This document shows positions 7,716 through 16,150 of a DNA stretch of 33,723 nt, piece after piece; the stretch's first letter is position 1, and each line of letters starts with the position of its first letter. This DNA is from a virus (lineage: Duplodnaviria; Caudoviricetes), in IMG/VR virus record IMGVR_UViG_3300012208_000070, positions 1 to 33,723 of that record; one strand, given 5' to 3'. Below the pieces are notes generated by a model. That model had not been told where the DNA came from and did no database searches. It saw only the letters and a list, made by a program, of their open reading frames with translations. The translations under genes were made by a program, and so were the position numbers.

Positions 7716-9097
7716 GTATTATTTTACCACCATTTCGAGAAGAAAGATTACTTTATACTAGGCAAGCTTCTAGTAAGGTAAAAAGTGCAGCTAGATATGT
7801 AACAAAACTTCCATATTATTTTACAATTCCAGTTTTTTCTATTGAAAATACCTGGCGCGGATCTTCTGAGATCATACGTAAGTATTATTATTCTTTTGAA
7901 AAATCTTTTTCTATTTTAGAATACATTGATCTTTCTTCCGATGGAAATTATATACCATGTATTTCCTGGAAAGATGAAAATAATAATGTGCTTCGATATA
8001 AATTGTGGTATAAAAATGACGGATTACTTTATATTCCTCCTTATAATGGAAAAGTAATAAATAAGAATTTTTATTTAGAAATTTGGTCAACTAATAATGC
8101 TTTAATTGAGGGAGGTGGAAAACAACTTAAAATTTCGCAGTTTAAATTTCCTATTATACTTTGTGAAACTGGTGAGATAGATTTAGCTCCAGTGTATAAC
8201 ACTTGTAATGATATGTCTTTTGATATAACTAACTTTGATCCTCTTTCTGGAGATTATTATACTGTGATAAATACTTGTCTTGATACACAACAAACATTTG
8301 GAGTTGATGCGATTAGTATTTCTATAGATGAATTTTCTACTATAGATAATATCATACTTAATATAGATGATCCTGATAGTATTCCAGATTTATATGAAAT
8401 TTATAGAAGTATTGATGGTATAAATTATAATTTAATTTATACTCAGTTGACTTCTATAACTTTTAATGATGAATCCTTAATGCCACCTGATACTACTTGG
8501 TATTATAAAGTTAGATCAAAGAAGAATGGGGTTTATAGTCAATTTTCTAATATTCAGATTGTAACTAGAAATGTAACATTCCCTGGCGTAGGAATTGTAA
8601 ACTTTAGTAATTTAGTTTTAGCTTTTTCTGATTTAGGTTCTGACGATGGAACTTTAGTTAGTAGTTTAAGTTTATCTGATCTTAAACGTGTTGTTGGGAC
8701 ATTGTGGTTAGATGGAAGTTTTATATTAGAGAGTATAAATTTATCTAGTCTTCATATTATAAATGGAGATTTTCATATAGAAGCTTCTCCATTGCTGACA
8801 GAATTGAATTTATTAGATCTAACTATTGTAAATGGAAACTTTTACGCTGATAATTGTGAAAATCTTACTAATATCAATTTTCCAAACTTTATTTTTTCTA
8901 ATAATACTACATTAGCTTTTGATGCTTGTGATCTTTCTGTTGCATCTGTTAACCATATTCTTGCTAGAGCAATAGTAAGTGGTGTAATTAATTGTCAAAT
9001 TTTCTTAGATGGTGGCACTAATGCTGCGCCAACGGGACAAGGTATTATAGATAGAGATGCTTTAATAGCTGCTGGAAATACTGTAAGTAGTAATTAA
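7712..9097 (+). CDS. virion-associated protein with Fn3 domain and LRR/receptor-L-like repeats
   Basis: YEIYRSIDG...TWYYKVRS...YSQFSN (Fn3); LxLxxLxxVxGxxxI-type repeats; GTG start. Confidence 0.65.
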   Translation: MSIILPPFREERLLYTRQASSKVKSAARYVTKLPYYFTIPVFSIENTWRGSSEIIRKYYYSFEKSFSILEYIDLSSDGNYIPCISWKDENNNVLRYKLWYKNDGLLYIPPYNGKVINKNFYLEIWSTNNALIEGGGKQLKISQFKFPIILCETGEIDLAPVYNTCNDMSFDITNFDPLSGDYYTVINTCLDTQQTFGVDAISISIDEFSTIDNIILNIDDPDSIPDLYEIYRSIDGINYNLIYTQLTSITFNDESLMPPDTTWYYKVRSKKNGVYSQFSNIQIVTRNVTFPGVGIVNFSNLVLAFSDLGSDDGTLVSSLSLSDLKRVVGTLWLDGSFILESINLSSLHIINGDFHIEASPLLTELNLLDLTIVNGNFYADNCENLTNINFPNFIFSNNTTLAFDACDLSVASVNHILARAIVSGVINCQIFLDGGTNAAPTGQGIIDRDALIAAGNTVSSN

Positions 9098-9100
9098 ATC

Positions 9101-10099
9101 ATGACAACACAAGATTTAGATAAAGGTATTGATTTGACAGGTCTTACTAATGTAAGTGCAAGTGAGCTTATGCAATTAGTAGACTCTGGTAGGTTAGGTT
9201 CAGATAAAGGGATGATTATAGAGACAGAAGATACAGCTTTAGATACACCTTTAGTGCCAAATCCTAATAATTCTTATACTGGAATTACTCCTTTATGGTG
9301 GAAACGATATATTTGGAAAAGAATTTTATTTGATAGTAGTGTAAAATGCTATATTTGGAATGAGAATGAGGCAGAAGATGATACTTTATTTTTTTGGACA
9401 TTAATTGATAAAGCTGGAGTAGAAGCTTTAATTTTAGCAAATACAGCTATTACTAATAGTGCTGCTGCTCAAGCAACTGCGAATACAGCTTTAGCTAATG
9501 CAGCAATAGCAGATACTAAAGCAGATGATGCACAGACTGATGCTGATACAGCTAATGTTTCTGCTACTGCAACAGCAGCAGGTTTAGTTGCTACTAATAG
9601 TTCAATTGCTTCTATGTGGTCTGCTGGAGATTTAAAATATACTTGTAAAACTACTGCTTATTCAATAATAGAAAATCAAGGTTGGTTAGATTGTGATGGT
9701 TCATTAGTAAATAGACTTATTTTTTCTAGTTTGTTTGCTGCAATTGGAACTACTTGGGGTGCTGGTGATGGTGTTTTAACTTTTCAACTTCCAGATTTTA
9801 GGGGTAGATGTTTAGTTGGTAGGGGAACTGGAGCTGGATTAACAGCTAGAAATTTAGGACTTACTAATTTTGGAGAAGAGACTCATTTACTTACTGCTGA
9901 TGAATCTGGATTACCTGCTCATACACACGCATATAGAAAACGTGATGAAGTTAATTCAACTGGATATTCTAGTGGAGGTAGTTTATTATACAATATTACT
10001 ATAGATGGTGTAACAGTAGCAAATGCTACTGCGCCGGCAAATGCAGCACATAATAATTGTCAGCCATCTGCTGTAGGTAGAATTCTTATTAAAACATGA
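9101..10099 (+). CDS. tail fibre protein with phage tail collar domain
   Basis: GDLKY...GWLDCDGS...LFAAIGTTWGAGDG..TFQLPDFRGR; GEETHLLT..E...PAHTH; HNNCQP. Confidence 0.9.
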   Translation: MTTQDLDKGIDLTGLTNVSASELMQLVDSGRLGSDKGMIIETEDTALDTPLVPNPNNSYTGITPLWWKRYIWKRILFDSSVKCYIWNENEAEDDTLFFWTLIDKAGVEALILANTAITNSAAAQATANTALANAAIADTKADDAQTDADTANVSATATAAGLVATNSSIASMWSAGDLKYTCKTTAYSIIENQGWLDCDGSLVNRLIFSSLFAAIGTTWGAGDGVLTFQLPDFRGRCLVGRGTGAGLTARNLGLTNFGEETHLLTADESGLPAHTHAYRKRDEVNSTGYSSGGSLLYNITIDGVTVANATAPANAAHNNCQPSAVGRILIKT

Positions 10100-11052
10100 G
10101 CTTAGGGTATATAATTAGAAGAGTTTGTTCTGAGACTGGAATTACATCTCCAGGAGAAAATCCAGAACAGAAAGCTCGTGTTCTTGATATTATAAACCAG
10201 GCAGCTATTGAAGTCTATGAAAATAAAGATCTTCCAATAAGTTTAAAAGAGCTTTACCTACGTGCGAATAGCAATAAAGAGATTTCACTTCCTTCTTCTA
10301 TTGGTGAGCTTAGGGCTATTAGACAATCAGAAGATTATAGAAGAGATTGGAAATTATTTGATATTAGACCTCGTTATCAAAATGAAGCTTGGAATAATTT
10401 ATGGAGAAACTGGAGAATAAAAGGATATTCAGCGTTTCAAACTGAAATTACAAATGCGGCTCCAGGTTTAATAACATATCCTGTGGCTGATATATCATTA
10501 ACAGTGACTCTAACAGGAGAAACAAGTAATTCAAATAGATGGACTGAAAATGTTATAATTAATTCTACTTCAAATTCTTGGTTAGCTTCTTTCATTGATT
10601 TTACTTCAATAAAGAAAAATAAAGTAACAGATTATAATGTTACTTTGCTTGATGCCGATTCTAATGAATTGGCAACTATTTATGCAGATCAAAAAGAATC
10701 TCGTTATATTATTGTCGATGTTAGTCTTTATCCTAATCTTAGTTCTTGTTCTGATGGCACTTATGTAATGGAAGTTCTATATAAACCTAGACTTCCTAGA
10801 TTAGAAAGAGATGATGATGAATTTCCTGTAGATGGATTTGATGATGTAATTGTTCTTAAAGCTAAACAATTAATAGCTGAGGATCAACCTGGAAATGAGC
10901 AACGTGCTATTTTAGCTTATAATAAAGTTAATGAACAAATAAAACGTAAGACTGAGGACAAATTATCTACTACTCAAAAAAGAATGAAAGTAGGTAGAAG
11001 TGGTTTATTGAATCTTGTAGTTAAATATGGTAAATATAGAAAATATCAATGA
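10096..11052 (+). CDS. head-tail adaptor (T7 gp11/P22 gp4-like)
   Basis: Helical ends (VLDIINQA; EFPVDGFDDVIVLKA) around a beta insertion; upstream of nozzle. Confidence 0.6.
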   Translation: MSLGYIIRRVCSETGITSPGENPEQKARVLDIINQAAIEVYENKDLPISLKELYLRANSNKEISLPSSIGELRAIRQSEDYRRDWKLFDIRPRYQNEAWNNLWRNWRIKGYSAFQTEITNAAPGLITYPVADISLTVTLTGETSNSNRWTENVIINSTSNSWLASFIDFTSIKKNKVTDYNVTLLDADSNELATIYADQKESRYIIVDVSLYPNLSSCSDGTYVMEVLYKPRLPRLERDDDEFPVDGFDDVIVLKAKQLIAEDQPGNEQRAILAYNKVNEQIKRKTEDKLSTTQKRMKVGRSGLLNLVVKYGKYRKYQ

Positions 11053-11558
11053 AAATACAGTGTTCAAATTGTAATCTATTTTTCGAAATAGATGATGAAG
11101 ATACTCAAAAAGTATTAGAACATAATACTAACTGGAATGCTAGGCTTAAATTTTCATTTAGAAAGCAAAAATATATAGTAGCTAATATTCAATGTCATAG
11201 TAGAATATTAAATAAGAATGTATCATTAACTCATATTCTTATTGAATGTCCAATTGGAATGGAGAGAGATCATATAGATAGAAATCCTTTGAATAATAAA
11301 AAATCTAACTTAAGAATCGTAACGCGAGGCCAAAATCAGATGAATAGACTTGGTTGTAGAGGTTCTAATAAATATAAGAATGTTTTTAGAAATACAAAAA
11401 ATCATTGTTTTGATATTTCAGTTAGGTTTAATGGAAAACGCTATAGGGAGTATGGATTTCCTGATGAAGAAATGGCTGCTGAAGCTGCTAATGAGCTACT
11501 TAAAAAATTACATGGTGAGTATGCTGTTTTAAATAATATAATATTATCTAAAGGATAA
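11049..11558 (+). CDS. HNH endonuclease with C-terminal AP2 domain (free-standing homing endonuclease)
   Basis: DHIDRNPLNNKKSNLRIVTRGQNQMN; KYKNV...EEMAAEAANELLKKLHGEYAVLN. Confidence 0.9.
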   Translation: MKIQCSNCNLFFEIDDEDTQKVLEHNTNWNARLKFSFRKQKYIVANIQCHSRILNKNVSLTHILIECPIGMERDHIDRNPLNNKKSNLRIVTRGQNQMNRLGCRGSNKYKNVFRNTKNHCFDISVRFNGKRYREYGFPDEEMAAEAANELLKKLHGEYAVLNNIILSKG

Positions 11559-13202
11559 ATGATTACTGGATTACAAAATGATTTCTCTGGCGGTATGGAT
11601 TTATTTAATAATGATACTAAATTAAATGAAAATTCTTATGGATTAGCTTTTAATGTGGTAAATAGAGATTCATCATTGATCCCATTGAATAAAAATTTAG
11701 AAGATATCAAAGCTCCTGCTGGTTTTAAGCAAGGAATATATGCTTTTGATAAATATTTAGTTCTTTTTAATGCTGGTTTATGTTATTATCGTAATGTTGA
11801 TGCTACAGAATGGACACAAATTGAGGATATTTTTGTAAATCCATTAGTAGATTATATATTTACTCAAGCTGTTCCTGCTTCAACTTTTAATTATAAAAAA
11901 GTTTTAGAGATTCCTAATAAAATTGACGGAAGTTCAGTAAATACTAATGTTACAGTTCAGCCATTTAAAATAAATACTCTTAATGCAGGACTTGTAGTTC
12001 AGGATGGAGTTTCTATAGGATGGTTTATTTCTCCAGATGCGGTAGCTACTAGATTAAATAGATATTCTCAATGGACATTAGAAAATCGTTCTTATTGTCC
12101 TATAATGAGAAATATGTGTTTTATTAATGGGATTCTTTTTGGGATTTCTCCTGATAAAAAAAGAATCTATAGAAGTGTTTCTGGCCGCCCAATAGATTTC
12201 GTTGTTAATGTAGATATTAATGGAAATAAAGGAGGAGATGCAGAAACTACTGCTTATGCTACTGGATATGATGATATTACGTGTATTAAATCTCTTAATT
12301 CTGGTGAGCTTTTAATAGCAACTGAAAGAAATTGCTTTCCTGTAGAATTTAATTATGAAAAAACTATTTTTGCAGAGCCTACATTTTTAAATAGAAAACC
12401 TATATTTGCTGGTGTAACTAATCAAGAATCTTTTATTGATATCCTCGGGGATTATGCTTTTATTGATTTTGATGGTCTTCGTTCTTTTAATGCAGTTCAA
12501 TTTATTATGAATGAAGGAAGAAATTCAATTTTCTCTCTTTTAATTTCTAAAGTATTTAATAAAATAAAACAATCTTTTCTTACAGCAGCTACAGTTTTTG
12601 ATAATTATGCTATTTTTTCGGTTAATACTATTTATGGAAATGTTCTTGCTATTTATGATACTTTAAGACAAAAATGGAATTCTTTTATTACACTAGAAGC
12701 TCCAATAAAGCAATTTGCAATAGCTGATCAATCAGAAAATCCAACTCTTTATGGTATAACTTCTTCTAAAGTTATAAAATTATTCCAATCAGTCTCTTAT
12801 ATGGAAGCGCGAGTTCGATTTAAAGCATTAAATTCCGGTAAATCAATCCCAGAAATTAAACTTAAAAATGTTCGCGCAGTATTTGATGAAAGTAATTCTA
12901 CCTCTCAGGTAATAGCTACAGAAATAGTAAATAATAGAGTAAGAAAATCAGTGAGTGCTACTCTTGCTAAGACTCCACCAGGAATTACTTTTCCAGTAAT
13001 GTATCCTATTGCCTATTTCTCTTCTGGTGTAACAGATAATATTCATTTTAATTTTGAACGTTTATCTAAAATAGGATGGAAAGTTGCGATTGAGTTAAGA
13101 TGGCAAAATTCTGCCAAATTACTTTTATTAGAAACAAATGCTGATGAAATAACTAATGAAACTAGTTTAGGTCAGCAAGCAACTTTGTATACTCAAGGTT
13201 AA
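11559..13202 (+). CDS. tail nozzle (T7 gp12/P22 gp10-like)
   Basis: N-terminal QNDFSGGM motif, beta-propeller-like 547 aa, after adaptor. Confidence 0.7.
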   Translation: MITGLQNDFSGGMDLFNNDTKLNENSYGLAFNVVNRDSSLIPLNKNLEDIKAPAGFKQGIYAFDKYLVLFNAGLCYYRNVDATEWTQIEDIFVNPLVDYIFTQAVPASTFNYKKVLEIPNKIDGSSVNTNVTVQPFKINTLNAGLVVQDGVSIGWFISPDAVATRLNRYSQWTLENRSYCPIMRNMCFINGILFGISPDKKRIYRSVSGRPIDFVVNVDINGNKGGDAETTAYATGYDDITCIKSLNSGELLIATERNCFPVEFNYEKTIFAEPTFLNRKPIFAGVTNQESFIDILGDYAFIDFDGLRSFNAVQFIMNEGRNSIFSLLISKVFNKIKQSFLTAATVFDNYAIFSVNTIYGNVLAIYDTLRQKWNSFITLEAPIKQFAIADQSENPTLYGITSSKVIKLFQSVSYMEARVRFKALNSGKSIPEIKLKNVRAVFDESNSTSQVIATEIVNNRVRKSVSATLAKTPPGITFPVMYPIAYFSSGVTDNIHFNFERLSKIGWKVAIELRWQNSAKLLLLETNADEITNETSLGQQATLYTQG

Positions 13203-13205
13203 TTT

Positions 13206-13541
13206 ATGATTCCAGGAGCTTCTTTATCTTTTACTTCATTTTCTGATGAGTTTGTAGCTTGGGCAACAAGAAATGATCTTCAAGAATTCTTTGAGAATAT
13301 AAGAATTCCTGTTGGAACAACTGATGATTATGGTTCATTTAAACAGGTAGAAGCTACAGAATTTGAAGTTGTAGAATTAGTAAATTCTGATACTTTTAAT
13401 ATAATTGTAGATTCTGTATCCCTAGGGGAAGTTCCTACTAAAAATTCTTTTCTAGAATTAAAGAATGCTTTTATAGCATTACAAGCATCATATAACGAGT
13501 TATTAATCAAATTAAGAACCGCTAAAATTCTTGATATATGA
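13206..13541 (+). CDS. small tail needle/fibre-like protein
   Basis: C-terminal coiled-coil ALQASYNELLIKLRTAKIL; follows nozzle. Confidence 0.45.
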   Translation: MIPGASLSFTSFSDEFVAWATRNDLQEFFENIRIPVGTTDDYGSFKQVEATEFEVVELVNSDTFNIIVDSVSLGEVPTKNSFLELKNAFIALQASYNELLIKLRTAKILDI

Positions 13542-13849
13542 TTTCCATTACGCAAGCAGTAGAATTTATAAGAAAGCATGAAATCCTGAAAGATTGGACA
13601 GATGACCAAATCAAATGGGCTATAATTAAGGCTATAAATGAAAAAACTCTAGTGTATACAACTAATAAAGATGGGGGGTTGAATGGAATTTGTTTTGGTG
13701 AAGATCATAAAGAAGAAAAAAGACTCCACGTAAAATGTCTTGTAGGTTACAAAAGAATAAAAGATTTCATAAAATACTATAAACAAAAATACCCAGGTTA
13801 TTTTATATCAGCATATAGATATAATAAACTTGTGAATTATAACTTTTAA
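13538..13849 (+). CDS. GNAT-fold-like virion assembly protein
   Basis: Alpha-alpha-beta pattern (LVYTT..GGLNGICFG...LHVKCL); lies between tail and ejection genes like T7 gp13. Confidence 0.4.
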   Translation: MISITQAVEFIRKHEILKDWTDDQIKWAIIKAINEKTLVYTTNKDGGLNGICFGEDHKEEKRLHVKCLVGYKRIKDFIKYYKQKYPGYFISAYRYNKLVNYNF

Positions 13850-13857
13850 AAACTAAC

Positions 13858-14676
13858 ATGGGCGATCCAGCAGCCAAATCAGGAACAGGACTAAGTTCTG
13901 ATGTAATAAATACTGTGATGCAGAATTTACCACAGTATATGAACTTAGTCAATTCACAATTAAAACCTCAAGCCGAATCTGAACTAGCAGCGTCACAAGC
14001 TACATCTCCAGGTTATCAAGAATTACTTACAAAATTATACGAACAGTATGCTCCTAGATTAGCAGAAGCAGGATCTAAAGCTGAAGCTGTATCTAGAAAA
14101 GGAACTGCTGCTACAGATGTAGAACTTTTACAAGGTGCTGGTGGACAAGCAGCTAGAGAATCTCAAGTTTTAGATAAGACTTTAAATCCAGAATATTATA
14201 AAACGAGAGCGGCTGAAGCTAGTAAACTTGGAGATTTACTTGGTAGTATTAATTTGAATAATGCTAATCCAGAAGCAGAGAGACTTATTTCACAGGAAAA
14301 TGCTAGAAGTGGAAATGCTTCTGTTCCTTCTGCAACTGGAACAGTATCCAATGCTCTTTCATTTGGAAATGAATTACAAAAAAGAAGAGATGCACTTGGT
14401 AGTGCTATAAATATTGCATCTAATTTTCTTCAACCTTCAAGTGGATCTTTTAATAGTACTAATATAGCTTTGGGTAAAGGTCCAACAGGAACAGGATTAT
14501 CTGAATTTGGTGGTATAAATAGAACACAAAATCAAGCTATTGGCGTTGGAAATTCTTTAACAGGGACAACTGCTGGACTTGTAGGACAACAACAAGATAT
14601 AAATGCACAAAGAAGAGACTTACTCGATAGATTAAATGAAACAACTACTGGAATAGGTTCCCTTGTTTCTGTATGA
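13858..14676 (+). CDS. internal virion (ejection) protein
   Basis: MG start, A/G/S/Q/N-rich helical sequence, typical position. Confidence 0.6.
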   Translation: MGDPAAKSGTGLSSDVINTVMQNLPQYMNLVNSQLKPQAESELAASQATSPGYQELLTKLYEQYAPRLAEAGSKAEAVSRKGTAATDVELLQGAGGQAARESQVLDKTLNPEYYKTRAAEASKLGDLLGSINLNNANPEAERLISQENARSGNASVPSATGTVSNALSFGNELQKRRDALGSAINIASNFLQPSSGSFNSTNIALGKGPTGTGLSEFGGINRTQNQAIGVGNSLTGTTAGLVGQQQDINAQRRDLLDRLNETTTGIGSLVSV

Positions 14677-15113
14677 GAAATAAATTTGTAGATTTTTTAA
14701 CAAAATATTTACAGAGTAATCCAGATGCTCTTCTTTGGATTATGTCTTATATTGTTTATTGTCATATGTTAGATGATTGGATTGATGGAGAAAAAACAGA
14801 TTTTGAGTTTTTTATTAAAGGTCATGATTATGCAGAGGCTATCTATGCTAATCATTTTTATATTCAAAATTATACTATTTTACATTCTTTAGTTAAAATG
14901 GCTTTTAATTCTTATTTGGATTCTATTCATTTTGAAAGATCAGAAATAAAATGGAAAAAACAATTTGCAGATGTTCTTAGACAAAATGCAAATGAAGTTA
15001 TTTTAGCTTGTATAGAGATTGTTAATGGCCAATCTGTAAGAAGACATGCTAGTTTAGAGCTTAGAGAAATATCTTATGAAAGTCATCATAATGAACTTGG
15101 TCAACCAATATAA
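14673..15113 (+). CDS. DDxxD all-alpha protein, isoprenoid-synthase-fold-like
   Basis: HMLDDWIDGE at the end of a helix; all-helical 146 aa. Confidence 0.5.
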   Translation: MRNKFVDFLTKYLQSNPDALLWIMSYIVYCHMLDDWIDGEKTDFEFFIKGHDYAEAIYANHFYIQNYTILHSLVKMAFNSYLDSIHFERSEIKWKKQFADVLRQNANEVILACIEIVNGQSVRRHASLELREISYESHHNELGQPI

Positions 15114-15118
15114 AATTT

Positions 15119-16150
15119 ATGGCCGCTAAACGATCTAGAGCAAGAAATTTTGGTGGTGGAAAAGGTGGATTAGATTTAGGTTCTCTTTTAGGTGGTAATC
15201 AAGTAGAACAGGTTCCAGAAGTTCCACCTGAATCTTCTGTTACAGAAACTCCTTATGATTGGTCAAATAAAAGTATACCAACAGAAAATAGGATACAAAC
15301 TAAATTAGAGCCTAAAGATATTGGAACACAAGGAAAATTTAGACCTACAAATCCATTTTTAGATGCTATTACTGGAGGAAAAGGGACTAATCTTGCTAAT
15401 CAAGCAAATATAGAAAATATTCTTGCAGAAGAGGCTGCTAAGAGAGGTATTAGAACAAAACAAGCTGAGATACCTATTGATGTAGCTAAAAGACAGGCTC
15501 TTGATCCTTTAGATTTAGCTAAAGAAACTCAACAACATATAATAGCTCTTCTTACCTCTCAAGGTATACAACCAACACCAGAAAATATAAAAAGTCATCT
15601 TGATCTTACTTCTAATATTGCTTTATCAAAAACTGCACAACAGGGGTATGAAGGAATAGCTAAATCTAGATTAGGAACTGCTGAAGCAGAAAGAGGAATA
15701 GAATCAGAAGCAAAAACTAGACCTATAGATGTAGATACTGCAATACAACAATCAAAATTAGGAAATATAACTGCAAAAGGTAATTTAGAGGCTCAGCCAG
15801 AACTTCAGAAACAGAGAATGAAAGTAATTCCGGGTATGGCTGAAGCTGAGTATTATAAAAATTTAAAAGAAAGATTGTTTCCTCTTAGACCTGAAGAATC
15901 TGTTGCGGATATTGGAACTGGTAAAATTGCTTTTAAAGCTCCTTTAACAACTGGAGAACAATTATTAAAGAATACATTACCAGAACAATCAACTGGTATT
16001 AAAGCGAAGCTGGGTGGACCTTTTACTGGTGGTAATTTTACACAACCACAACAACCAGAAGGTTCAATTTCTTCTGATCCAACTAATCCTAATTATGATA
16101 TTATAATTGTTGGTGGTCAAAAAATAAGAGTTCCAAAACAAAAGAAATAA
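15119..16150 (+). CDS. internal virion (ejection) protein
   Basis: G/Q/A-rich helical low-complexity protein before the giant gene. Confidence 0.55.
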   Translation: MAAKRSRARNFGGGKGGLDLGSLLGGNQVEQVPEVPPESSVTETPYDWSNKSIPTENRIQTKLEPKDIGTQGKFRPTNPFLDAITGGKGTNLANQANIENILAEEAAKRGIRTKQAEIPIDVAKRQALDPLDLAKETQQHIIALLTSQGIQPTPENIKSHLDLTSNIALSKTAQQGYEGIAKSRLGTAEAERGIESEAKTRPIDVDTAIQQSKLGNITAKGNLEAQPELQKQRMKVIPGMAEAEYYKNLKERLFPLRPEESVADIGTGKIAFKAPLTTGEQLLKNTLPEQSTGIKAKLGGPFTGGNFTQPQQPEGSISSDPTNPNYDIIIVGGQKIRVPKQKK

